From: Lophium mytilinum
Lineage: Eukaryota
Direction of reading: 5' to 3'
Length of the DNA: 64,000 bases
Assembly (NCBI GenBank): GCA_010093605.1
Contig: MU004184.1
Span: forward strand, 1,808,801-1,872,800
The position numbers were made by a program, and so were the translations under genes. Positions 1 through 11,685 of this stretch are shown piece after piece (the first letter of the stretch is position 1; each line of letters begins with the position of its first letter). The notes beneath the pieces are model-generated. The model was not told where the DNA came from and made no database searches. It was given only the letters and a program-made list of their open reading frames with translations.

Positions 1-1423
1 TCCGTCGCTCGCCGCTGCTCTGGCCTACAGTCCCTTCCGAGACTTCGCCGCCGAGAAGCGCCCGACTCAATATGGAGTCATTCGCATCGAGAATGTATGC
101 GTCTTCCATCCTTTTTGCCTTTCCTAATGGCATGCTGACGCCCTATAGGCTCCCTACGCCACCATGCGCAATGAAGTTCTCTCTCTGCTTGGCAAGACTG
201 CTCGTGTCGTCGAATATCCGCCCGGTTCCTCCAACTACGCCGTTCATACCACCTTCGACCGTCTAAGCGGCAAGGCATACAACACGTTCGTTGAGGTCAA
301 TACAGAAGCTGAAGCGCAGCGTCTCGTCCGCCAGTTTGCGAAATACCAAGATTCGCACAAGCACGGCCGCAAGCTCGGAAGTCGGCCCATCTACGTTCAT
401 CTTTCGGATCAAGCAGAGCTCATGGAGAGCATCTTCCCGCGCGTCAAGTGCGTGCAGTGGAACGGAACAGATCCTGTGATTCAGGCCCCCGGTCCTGGCG
501 AGTCCGGATTCGACGCGTTTCTGTACGAGGAAGAGCTACGCGGCATGATGCGCTTCGCAGAGAAGCCCGGACGTGTAAGTGTTCTGCCATACCTGATAGT
601 CTACTGAGGGTCCTCTCGCCTGGTGAATCTCTGGACTGACGCATGTAACAGACTCAATTCTGCAAAGACTGCCCCCAGCGCGTCTATGAGGCCATGACGA
701 CGCTCCTGCAGAAGTTCCCCTGGGGTGCCCAGCACCTGTACACGCTCCGCGACCGCAACATGCTGTTCGCATACCTCCAACAACTCGTCGAAATCCTCGT
801 CGAGAAGCTGCCGGGACTGGCCCCAGAGCTTGTGAACAAGCTCACGCCGCAGCTACTGGGCAATCTTGTCCAGACGGCGTGTTCTTGCGGTGGCTTCTCG
901 TCCGCACAGCAGGCCCGCCTCGTAGTCGCTTCCGCTGGTGTTTTGAACCTTGGGATCAATCTGCACCCCCTCGCCGGCGCCGTTCCGTTCGCAGTCCTGT
1001 CGATTGCGTACGACAGGGTCCAGGGCCCAGAGAAAGCCCTGGTGGATGTAAGTCGCATTTCTCCCTTACCTACCTACGCAAACGTCCCTTCAAGTCACCG
1101 TTCACCCCAAGCCACCCTTCATACGATGCTAATGCGACCAATAGTGGTACGTCGTGCTGATCCGGGAGGCGACTGGTGTGCCCGGGGCCCTCGAGCCCGA
1201 GGTCCATGATTGGGCCATCAACCAGTACCGGGGCGTCTTCCCGGGGTCCACCTTCGGCTGGTACGCCCTACCAGCCTCGTACCAAGCCCAGCTTGGTATG
1301 ACAATGGCGGAACTTGCGACCCTCGAGGCGCGCGAGTTCTCGCGCCTGGTAGGGCTTATGCTGGAGGTGGGCCGCGCGCGCCCCGACCTCGTCCCTCTGG
1401 CTCCCGCCGCCCCCGTTGCTTAG
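1..1423 (+). CDS. Fungal hypothetical protein with an RRM-like (alpha-beta plait) domain; 5' end lies outside the window
   Basis: Spliced ORFs 164-607, 694-1209 and 1154-1423 are joined by GT-AG introns (~94-148, 575-650, 1048-1144). Motifs YGVIRIENAPY...TFDRLSGKAYNTFVEV...RKLGSRPIYVHLSDQAELMESIFP resemble a conserved fungal RRM-like family. GC-rich codon usage; TAG at 1421-1423. Confidence 0.6.
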
Positions 1424-1710
1424 GCACGGGGAGGGGGCGAAGTTGGTGGCTGCGACTGCTGGTTGGGCGGTGACTTTGTGCATTGCGTGGGCGCTTTGGG
1501 CGGTTCTCTCGTGCTTTCGGTCAGTTCTCGGTAGATTCTGTGGTGGTTTTTGGTGCTTCTGGGAGTAGACAGAGGCGTAAAAGGGGTGGCAGGGGGGGGG
1601 AGACTGAGACTGACATTTCCTTTGTTTTTCCTTTGTTTTCACGGGAGACCGACCCTAGAAATCGAGGCTGAATTGCCGATTCTTTGCGATATTGCTTCAC
1701 TATGCGAGAT

Positions 1711-2745
1711 GTCTCATGCCTATGCATGATTTGAAAAACAGGATGTAAAGGTTTGGAGACCGTGAATTAGCTTGTGGTTACTGCTAACATGAATCTAGGT
1801 ATCTAAACTATATGGTCTTATATCAGGCCTCTGTTATTTATGCTTTGAAAGCTAGCTGAACGACCTGAGCCGCCTCATGCCTATGCAAGAAATGAAAATC
1901 AAGATGTAAGAGTTCGTAGGCTGCAAATTGAGTTCCAAGCATAGCTGACCGCATATCTAGGTATTAACTCTTCTAGGCGTGAAATCGCGGCTTTACTGCA
2001 TCTGAATTTTCAACTACAAAACCACGCGAGCCACCTCTTGCCTATGCATGATTTTCGAAACGAGATGTAAAGGTTTGGAAGCCGTAAATCAGGTCGCAGA
2101 TACTAATGATCGATTACTAAGAGTACTTTTTACGAGACGCTAGATTGGGGCTTTAGCGCGTGCGAATTATCAGGCTCTTTAAATATCCAAGACACCTTAT
2201 GCCTATGCACGATTGAATAAAACGGGGTATTAAGATCTAGAGGCTGTAAATCACGTCGCAAGTACTGCTACTTAGAAACAGCATGTAGATCTTACTAGAA
2301 CCTAGAACAAGGCTTTACTACGTACAGAAGCAGAACCGTATAGTGTCTCAGCGTGATGAACGAAGAACGGCTCGTAGCGCGACTGCGAGGCGTGGAGAAG
2401 GTAGAGGTCGAAGCCGCGCTAATTTTCTAGGCTTCTGAAGTATCTATAACACCTTATACCTATATAAGAGTATAGAAGTAAGATGTAATAGAACTAGAAG
2501 CGTAAATTAGCTTTTAGTTATTGCTAATCTAAAGCTAGATATACATTCTACCAGGCCCTATATTGGACCTAAGTTGCTTGCGTTCTGCTACTACACTGGG
2601 CTATCCGAGGCGGGAATTAGGTTGCAGTTATTACTAATCTGTATACAGATGTAAATTCTACTAAACGCTGAATGAAGCCTACATTACTTGCTCTCTACCA
2701 ACATATCGGACTATTCGAGCCACCTCATGCCCATGCATAAAAGTC
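1711..2745. repeat. Degenerate tandem repeat, 161-bp period, about 6-7 units
   Basis: Anchor (A/T)TGCCTATGCA at 1716, 1877, 2038 and 2199 (spacing exactly 161), then mutated copies at 2456 and 2727, each followed by related GATGTAA...GTAAAT..G..G...TACT.(C/A)T segments. Confidence 0.85.
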
Positions 2746-2766
2746 CGAACGAAAAATAAAAGACCT

Positions 2767-3780
2767 CTAAGCCTCGAACGTCAAATTCGCAACATGCTCA
2801 TTAGCAAACATCGGGAAGTAATCCGTCGTATAATACCACGCCGGCTTAGCCATCGTATCTGAAATCAGCTTCCCATTAATCGTCAAATTCTGAAACTTTA
2901 CAAACTTAATCCCCCGCTCCTCATTATACCCCAGCAAGAGCGACGGGCGCGCGTTCTCACCCGTATACGACAAATCCTTAATCGTCACATTCTCGATGCC
3001 TCGCCCGGGTGACGTGTTATACATAGTATTGTACGTAATCCGCATGCTAACCAGCCGCCCAAGGCGGAAGTCCTCGACGCGGATATCCTCAATATGCACG
3101 TTCTGGATGAAGTTGTCGTCGCCGGGGTTGATGGCAATGCAGCCCTGGTACCACATCTGGAACTCGCGATGGTCGAGGATGTCAATGTTGCGGATCGTAA
3201 CGTCGCTCATAGTCTCCGGGTTGGGCGTGTTGCCGTGCGTTCCGATGTTGCTCGGGTGAGCGACGTCAGCCCATAGCGCCGAGTTCTGGATCGTGATGTT
3301 TCTCGAATCCCCCGAGTAGTTCCAGCGGTGCTGGTAGATGGCCATGTTGTCGTCCGAGTTGCGCATGAAGACGCCGTCGATCAGAGTGTCCTGGCAGCAG
3401 AAGAGGTCGATGCCGTCGCCATTGCCCTTGGAACTGAAGGAGTGGACGTTGCGGATTGTGAGCCCTTTGACTTCGCCCACGGTTACGGCATAGCCGTTTG
3501 GATCGGGCATGGTGACGCCTTCGATGCTGATGTCGCTTGAGTATTCGGCTTTTATTGCCCCGGCGGGGTTGTTGTAGAGGATGCCGCGGCCTCGCACGCC
3601 TGCGTTGGTCACGTTCCCGAGATATACGTTGGCAGTGAGTACTGCGCCGCCGGCTAGGTACACAGTCTTGCCGCTAGGGACATTCAACTGGTTGCCGTTA
3701 ACACTGTGTACTCCGGGGCCGTAGTAGATCACGTCTGGGTCATCCTCAGATGGGACGTTGTCCTCGATATCGTTGGTCAA
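2767..3780 (-). CDS. Pectin-lyase-fold (parallel beta-helix) glycoside hydrolase, GH28-like; apparently 5'-truncated
   Basis: 337-aa intronless ORF with DVIYYGPGVH, VYLAGGA, GDGIDL, RNSDDNMAIY and WADVAHP motifs. No in-frame ATG or signal peptide at the ORF start. Confidence 0.7.
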   Translation of the reverse strand: MTNDIEDNVPSEDDPDVIYYGPGVHSVNGNQLNVPSGKTVYLAGGAVLTANVYLGNVTNAGVRGRGILYNNPAGAIKAEYSSDISIEGVTMPDPNGYAVTVGEVKGLTIRNVHSFSSKGNGDGIDLFCCQDTLIDGVFMRNSDDNMAIYQHRWNYSGDSRNITIQNSALWADVAHPSNIGTHGNTPNPETMSDVTIRNIDILDHREFQMWYQGCIAINPGDDNFIQNVHIEDIRVEDFRLGRLVSMRITYNTMYNTSPGRGIENVTIKDLSYTGENARPSLLLGYNEERGIKFVKFQNLTINGKLISDTMAKPAWYYTTDYFPMFANEHVANLTFEA

Positions 3781-4083
3781 ATCATCTGATCACGCCCGTG
3801 ATAAAGGGCGAGGCTGACGCACACTGCTCCTGGCGAGAATTTATACTCACAAGGTCCACTTAGTTCATACTCTCTCACGAACCAGAGCTGCATCGCGGGC
3901 AGGAAAAGATCTTGCATCGCCAGCATAGATTCTTGCCTCAGCAGCGATAGCCTCGCTAGGATGTGGAGAGTGATACATGATACAAGAGCATCTAGTTAAG
4001 GGAAAGCACAGCAGAACAAAATGCCACCACACTTACTGCAAAGCTAGCTATACAAGTATTGCGTGACCGAATAACCGCAGCGA

Positions 4084-6575
4084 TTACCAACCAAATGTCT
4101 CCGTGTGCAGAGCAACCTCTTGCATTTTGCCCTCCAGCACTCTTCGCTGTAGTCTCGCCACAGCATTCGATAGATCAGCTTTCATACTCTCTGGTCCACA
4201 ACCTACACGACGCCATGTCAGTAGCCGACTCCCAACTCTCACAACACTTCCAAGACTCGGAGGCTTACTTAGAACAATGGCCCGGTTACCATCCACCAGG
4301 CGCCCCAGCACACCGCTCAATATCGGTTTCTGGTAGCTTACCATAAGCATCTCGTTCAACTCCACTGGGCCGCTCTCCATCTTGCCAACCTCCACAGCTC
4401 TAGCCTGATCCTGATTTCCCATTGCAACCATCATCTCGTAACTCCACCCACGACTCCCCTTCGTCCTACCCACGCCTCCGTACACCGGGCTCGGACAAAT
4501 CGGCATCTCTACACTCTTCCTCATTTCCGCTGCCGAGCCCGATCTCAAGCCAACGTCCTCTTCACTCCCTACCAGGATATCTTCCCCTCCCGCAGTCACA
4601 AACACCTCAATCCCGACCCTCGCCTTCCCTTTAATGTCCCTAGCGTCTCTCAAGACAGTCTTGATCTCCTCCCTGACCCAACCGATCCACTCAGCACTCC
4701 TAATCATCCACACAAGATGCAACCGCGTCGTTCTTACCTCATCATCCCGCATAGCCCTCGAAATCGTAAGCAACTGCGGCAACACAGCCGTGATCCCACT
4801 CCCACCCGCCACACAAACAACCGTATCATACAGCCTATGCAGCGGCCTCGCATGCCCACCATACGGCCCATCGATGATCGTGCGGAGAGCTAGGCGTTTG
4901 ACCCTTCCCTCCTTCTCCCTCTTCCTTTCCCCTCTTACAACAACCTTCTCCTGCACCACTTTTTCCACATCCCCACCAATTTCAATATTGGAAGCTATCG
5001 GGGTTACAACTCCACTCCCCGCCGGACTCGTACTAGTCTCCTCAATCCCCTCCACCAACCCCCCCTCACCCAAACGCCGCGTAAACCCCCGCTGCGCTCT
5101 CACTAGAAACACAACCTCATTTCCCTCCTTCCTCCCGTCCATAATCTCATCATCTCGCGCAGGCACGCTCGCGATTGTAAAAGGGTGGTTCGCAAACCAC
5201 GAGATTTGAGGCAGGCGAATGAAAGCGTGTTGTCCCGGTTTCCAGGTCATACCGCGCGGTACCGAGACACTGACGCGGGTCATGCGGCCAGGGAGGTGAG
5301 TGAGCTTTGTTGGAAAGCCAGTGAGAGAGCGGGAGTAGAAGAGGTTAGGGTGATTGAGGCCACGGATGAGGGAGGTCAGTGCCCAGATTACAACGGTAGC
5401 GTAGAGGTAGGTCGGCTGTGGGGCGTGAGTGGGAGGGTTTGAAGGGAGGGAAAAGGAGAGGGGTACGGACGGACATGTATTCGCCTCTTGTGTGCCAGCA
5501 GAGTAGTGCGAGGTAGGCGATAGCGAGAAATATGTGGGTGTAGGCGAAGAGCTCGTAGGCGCGTTTCCGGAAGTAGGGGAGGGAGAGGAGGGCGAGGGAG
5601 AAAACTGTGGAGTAGAGGGGTGTGCCAGACAGCTGGGAGGAGGTATGGTATTAGTTGATGCTTATTCGGTTACTATAGTAATGTCAATGCTGCTTACCTC
5701 ACGTCTCTCGTCTTTGTAGAGCTGATTTAGCATAGACCATCCGCCGTCGCGGATAGGGGAGATCAAATGGGGTATCTGCGGAGTATGTGAGTACGGTACA
5801 TTCAGGTGCGAAAGCATTACTTACCATATGTATCGTAGAGAAACAGAAGAGAAGGTATGCGCAGTAACGATGGAAAATGGTAAGTTTCGTGTAGCAGATG
5901 CCGGTCAAGAAAGTGATGATATTGACCTTGCCTGCCAAAGCAACAAGGAGTGGTGTCAATGCTCTGGCATTTTCGAGGAAGGTCAGAACAGGGTATCATA
6001 GATTGAAATGGTGTCGACGTCAAGGTCAGGACTTACGAGATGATGAAAGCACACCTCACAGACAGTGGCGGAGATCCGAATCTGAACAACGACCGAAGGT
6101 ATACATGCTGTGGCCAAGGGAGGATGGTGAAGAAAGCCGTAGAGAAAGCGAGCAAGGATAGAACACCGAATGAGGTTTGTCGTAGACCAATCGCTCTTCC
6201 AAATCGTCCATTCAGTCGTCGATACGTAAAATACCGCCCCAATGCAACAAGTCTGTGGGTCCAAGATGGCCTCAGCCGCTTTCTGCTCTTTTTTCGTGGG
6301 AGGGCATGGTCGCTCAGGATGTGGTAGAGATGTATGATGACGAAGACCAAAATCCAGAAGGAGTAAAACCAAACGGTGTACTTCCCATATTCCAACTGGC
6401 TCAACAGCGGCGCAATCCTCTCCGACTCCGCGAACCCAGCTATAAACGCTGTACATGTATCATTTGTACAATGAGGATCTTTTATTGGTAAATCCGCCAC
6501 AGATACATTGGTTGGAAGAGGAGTGCCAGGCCATCCTGGCGGCGCATACACCTGATCCGTAGGGCTCGGCGCCAT
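4084..6575 (-). CDS. Ferric/cupric reductase transmembrane component (FRE family), full length
   Basis: Multi-exon model can be reconstructed in frame. Heme His pairs (IFHRY...TIH; YTHIF...CWH), PGQH, HPFTIAS, IDGPYG, VAGGSGITA, CGP and terminal HTETFGW. Confidence 0.9.
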
Positions 6576-7401
6576 CGTCAAGTCCAAGCACCGGTTATGT
6601 CAGACCGTTAGGAATATGACGTGCTCTGGACCATCTGCGGGGAAGGGCGGATTGCTAATGCTCATCGATCTGGACTGCAGAGGTCCTTGTCGCCAGGTCT
6701 TTATCAAGCACCGGGTCCCTATCCTCGTGTGACAATTTCCAATCGAGCTTCAGAGCACAGTATTGATCTCACATGTACTCCCTCCATGGTCCGGAAGGCA
6801 CCTGGCGATATCGAACGATAGTGGTCAAGGCGTGGTGAAGTCATCCAGCATCCAGAACCATCAACGCCGGCTCATAATGGTGGAAAGCCTGATGCTTATC
6901 GCACGGAAGAAGTCTCTCCGGATTTAGAGCCACCCCGCGACGCCCCACGGGGTACTCCAGAGTACATACAGAGGTTAGCGAGCAGTAACCTGGAACATAT
7001 CTCCTTACTTTCGTCGCCACTTCAATTCAGGGCAGATGCCTAATTCGACCGCATCGATATGACACGACATGAAAACGTCTTTAAGGCTGATATCGGGTGC
7101 GACAAGGGGCGAAAAGGACACGAAAAGGGAAAGTTAGACACGCAGGAACATATTGGCACGGAACCGAAGAACGTCATAGCATGCATGAACACGACATTGG
7201 CAGGAAAAAAATCCCGAAAGAGACGGAAATAAGTACGGACTGAAGTCAAGACAGAGAAGGGTAAAGTTCTTAATATTTTGAAAGAGCTATTGGATGATAT
7301 GCGTTAGCGGACACGAGACATTTTCATATCGTTAAAACCAACTGTACAAGTCGTGTCCGATTTTTCTTAATCTACCTCGGACTCCAGTGCCAGAAGCCAA
7401 A

Positions 7402-9197
7402 TTAATTCTTCACATACAGGTCGACGTAAGTGTCAACATCCATCTCATCCAAGGTCTTGGCATCCGTGCCGAGCTTGACGAGTTTGTCGACGTGTTCGGC
7501 CGGGAAATGCGGTCCGAGATGCCTCTTGTACTTTTCGAGAATATGGGGTTTCGCCTCATCACGTCGGAGCCTGTGGCCCAACGGAACCTCAACAACTTCC
7601 TCATCGAGGACGGTTCCATCCTTTAGCTTCACAGTCAGAGCGTTGGAGATAGTGCGCTTCTCTGGGTCATGGTAGTCGGCGGTGAACTTGGGGTCTTCCA
7701 CGCAAGAAATACGTTGTCGGAGAGACTCGACGAGGGCTGATGTTGCTGCCTCGCCGCCATCGGAGTAGTCGGTAGCTTCTAGACGGTCGAACACAAACAT
7801 GGTGGACACCATGTACTAAGAGCTTGTCAGTGATTCATCTCTCGAAAACAGGTTGCACACGTACCTGGACGCAATGGTCACGGTCGGCGAAGTTGTCCAT
7901 GGGCTTGAATTGTTTGTCGATGATACGAATGCAAGCTTCGTGGGTCCTGTTTACAACGCTATCAATGTCTTCGGCGGTCTTACCTAGCGCCTTTAGCTTC
8001 TTGTTGAGCTTCTGGGCGGCCTCGACAGCGGTTTGGGAGTGAAATTCAGCTACAACAGACGGTTAGGAGTGATTACAATATGTGCTTCGGGGAACTAACC
8101 CGGGTAAGAGACCTTGAAGAGCACGTTCTCCATGACGTAGCTGCCATACGGTCTTTGGAACTTGAAGGGCTTGCCACCAAAGTTCACATCGTAGAAACCC
8201 CATGTTGGAGCTGACAGAACTGTGGGCATTCCACCCTCGCCACCCGCTACTTTTAGGACAAGGTTCACAGCCCTTTCGCACGCATTTCCGGCAGCCCATG
8301 ACTTTCGCGACATGGTGTTGGGGGAATGCCTGTATGTCCTCAAATCTTGACCGTCAGCCCATGCCTGGGAGACGGCATCCCGTGTTTGAGACTCGGTCAA
8401 GCCAAGCATCTGAGACACAACGGCAGTGGAAGCGACCTTAACCAACAAAACATGGTCCAGGCCGACCTTGTTGAACGAGTTCTCCAGGGCCAAGCAGCCT
8501 TGAATCTCGTGTGCCCTAATCATGGCCTCGAGCACATCCTTGATCTTGAACACCTTGCCGTTGCCCACGTTGCCGCCGGCCTTGTTTGTCCGCGATGCCC
8601 AATCTGCAACAGCCAGAATAGCTCCCAGGTTGTCTGAGGGGTGACCCCACTCAGCAGCCAGCCAGCAGTCATTGAAGTCCAACCACCGGATCGTGGCACC
8701 AATGTTGAAAGCGCCCTTCACGGGGTCAAGCTGGTAGGGCGTACCGGGGACTTTTGTGCCGTTTGGCACCACGGTGCCTTTCACTACCGGGCCGAGGATA
8801 TTCGTGCATTGTTCGAATTCAAGTGCTTTTAGACCGCAGCCCAGAGTGTCTATTAGGATCCACCGCGCGGTATCGATCTATTTAGAGAGCATTAGAACAC
8901 TTTCTAGGAATACGGTGAGGGGTATCATACAGCGAGTGGGGTATCGACTGCCACATTGTGCACATAGTTGGCGATGTCCTTGATCTCGGGGTCGAATTCG
9001 CGGTTGCTCGGCTCGATAGGAGCCATGCTGCGGAAGGGGGATGATGTCGAGAAGGGAGCAGCAATGGCAGCACGTTGGAGGAGGGGAGTGCGGGTCGCGG
9101 CGAGAGCAATTGGCCGTGTTGCTTTGCAGGCGATGCTAGCTCGCTGTCTAATAGTGCGGGATGCGGTGCTGCAGAGGTTGCGACTGAAGGCCGACAT
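7402..9197 (-). CDS. PDH1: 2-methylcitrate dehydratase (MmgE/PrpD family), mitochondrial
   Basis: Presequence-like N-terminus; [64 protein letters not shown] and PLGHRLRR. Confidence 0.95.
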
Positions 9198-10030
9198 GAT
9201 CAGATTAGCCCCGTGCTGTACCTGGACGTTGTCAATGCAGTTCAGGCAAAGGAAATTGAGCCCGTACGCGAAATTCTGGGGTTTGTGGAAAGGTCAATTG
9301 GCGGATGAAGCTCTCGACTTGTATGAGGCGGGACGGGTAGCGGGCACGGCGAGCGGTGCGGGATCGCAACCCTCGGTAAACTTCGGAAGAGTAAATCCTT
9401 ACACCACCACAAAACCGAGCCAGCTGCTGAAAGTTTGGGTGGCCGGCGGGAGGATAGCGCTTTGCTCCAGGTATCCGAAGATTTGGATAAGAAACGTGGT
9501 CTGGTACGTGGGCAGGTTGTCGAGTATTCTAACGGTTCTATCAAAATCATCTTCCCCGCACTCCGCAACTCTCCATCCTCAAGAGCTTCGGCATACGCCG
9601 ACATATTTTACCTATAGCTTTCAAACGAGACCGAAGTCGGGTAGTCATGTGCCCGGAGAAAGGGGCCAGACGCAATCTAATAAGTTGTCTTTACCTCTTA
9701 GGCCGAGCGGCTTTGAGCTTTTTGCTTCGAGTCTACCCTCGGCATAAAAAGGCTGCTGTCTGGTATTGTCCTTTTAACACGTTTCTTTCCTTTGTTTTCA
9801 AACTTCTGGGCTTCCCAATCCTACAAAAGTTCAAGGAGTGGAGATGTCTTAGGTTGACTTTGGTTAGGAGTTCAGTCAGAATCTAAGAAGATAACATATA
9901 CTCTGGTCTACTCTATGTCTACGCTCTAAAGTTTCCAATATCTCATCTCTCGAACCCTACTCTACTCTCTCGAAGCGTTCGAAGTCACTTTCTACTAGAA
10001 GCCCCTGAGATCTGACCCAATATCCGCTTC

Positions 10031-10888
10031 CTACTGTTGAATTGGGAAGCCAACGCCAATCAAGAATGCAGGCTCCTCAATGTTGTGATGTTGATAGCTA
10101 TATAGAGTCAGTAGGCATCGCTCACATTCCAGTCTAAACTCACCTCAACACACCCACAGCCCCTGGCTCCAACATCATCGAAAGCGGAAACTCCATCGGA
10201 TACTTCAACCACCTCTTCGTGAATGCCCTCAACAAATGCCCATGCGCCACAAGCACTACATCACAAGCCTTCTCCCCATGCATATTCGCGGCCTGAAAGC
10301 CATGGATGTCTTTGATCAGATCATCAAGCCTCTCTGTAACCTGCTGCGCAGATCTATGGAACTTGTCAGCACCCACTCATGAACCGTCCAAATCTGGATA
10401 TCACTCACTCTCCCTCCTCACACCCGTCCCTCCAAATATCCCACCCGTTCCCATCTAATCCCCTACTCGTCCTCCCCTCCCTAATCTCGTGCGTCTTCAA
10501 CCCCTCATACAGCCCGTAACCCCACTCTGCTAGTCTTTCCGTCTCGCTCACTTTCCCCTTTTGATCTAGCTGCTTGCCGTGCTCGCCGAATGCTAGCTCG
10601 AATGTTTTCTGGGCACGTCGTCTGGGACTGACGAAGATATGGGCAAGTTTTGAAGGGTCCACCAATTTGCCAGGACCTACGATCATGGCCCCTGAGGCAA
10701 GAACTTGGGCTTCGCCGTGCGGAGTGAGCTCCAGCTCGGTTGTGCCGGTGTAGCGGCCGTTTTTGGACCATTCGGTTTCGCCTGGGCAATACTTAGTCCC
10801 AGTAGTTTAGATGTGAGACTTCATTGAAATGTCTAATACCGTGTCTATAGAGGAAAACACGAGGGGTGCCAGCATCTTTGTCGGTCAT
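10031..10888 (-). CDS. SHB17: Histidine phosphatase (phosphoglycerate mutase family), sedoheptulose-1,7-bisphosphatase-like
   Basis: RVFLYRHG/ETEWSKNGRYTGTTELELT, SPRRRAQKT, EWGYGLYEG, WDIWRDGC, VAHGHLLRAF and YQHHNIEEPAF across 5 exons. Confidence 0.88.
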
Positions 10889-11468
10889 CCTGGTCGCTGG
10901 TTTTGAAGCTGTTGCTGAGGTTAGGGAAGGGCATTTAGATCAGACGAGAATATTTACGGCAGAAAAGAACAGAAAAATACCCTCGCTCTTGAAGTAATAA
11001 TGTGAGAAGTGTCTGACAATGGTTGCTCCAAAATTCTCACAACTCCTTCGTCACTTCTAGGGTTTGGGAAGATCTAGAATACAGTTGGCGAGAATACTGA
11101 GCATGAGAGACACAGTCCGAGAAATGATTAGATATGATTGAGATACTGAGATCTCCCTTTGCGAGCTTAGAGGAGCTCAGGATTTGGAGATCTGCAGACT
11201 TGAACAACTCATACGATCTCGCACCGGTCTTCGGGATGCATTGGACCACGTGGGGGTGTTGAGTTTTTGCTATTCATCACCAATGAAACCGTACTCAGCC
11301 ACGGTAGTGCGCTTAACTTTAGAAGCTAGAACGGAATTACCATATCTACAGGGATCTTTGTATTCTACTCAAGATTACAGAGAACTCGAAGGTGGTTTCA
11401 CATTTTCACGTGACTCTCGGGGTCGCTCGAATGATTTTCCGAAGCGTGTCCGCGATCTATGTCAACGA

Positions 11469-11482
11469 AGCTCATCGGAGCT
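11469..11482. promoter_or_regulatory. Possible proteasome-gene (Rpn4-type) element: AGCTC...GGAGCT inverted pair
   Basis: AGCTCATCGGAGCT ~210 bp upstream of the RPT4 ATG. GGAGCT is the proteasome-associated motif described for filamentous ascomycetes. Short motif, could be chance. Confidence 0.35.
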
Positions 11483-11685
11483 GTCACCACCTTGCCTCCA
11501 CATAGTAGCTGCGACCCCAGTTCACCTATCTTCGCTCATCTTGGAACCTCTCCGTCCGCTAGGCCGACGCCCCCGAAACGCAACTTACAACTTCTGGATC
11601 TCCGACGTAGGCTTCCAGCCGCGTAACTGCTTCGTGAACCACCACCCTCCTCCAGCTACCACACCTACACCCACACCCAACCACG

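Noticed and set aside
1711..2745. CRISPR-like array
   Set aside because: Eukaryotic context; whole units are homologous rather than repeat plus unique spacer; no cas genes.
6576..7400. SreA/Mac1 metal-response sites upstream of the ferric reductase
   Set aside because: Only partial GATA/TGCTCA matches; no full consensus seen.
8968..9747. 259-aa plus-strand ORF (and similar shadow ORFs such as 4634-5209, 22629-23306, 56116-56973)
   Set aside because: Antisense shadows of real GC-rich genes.
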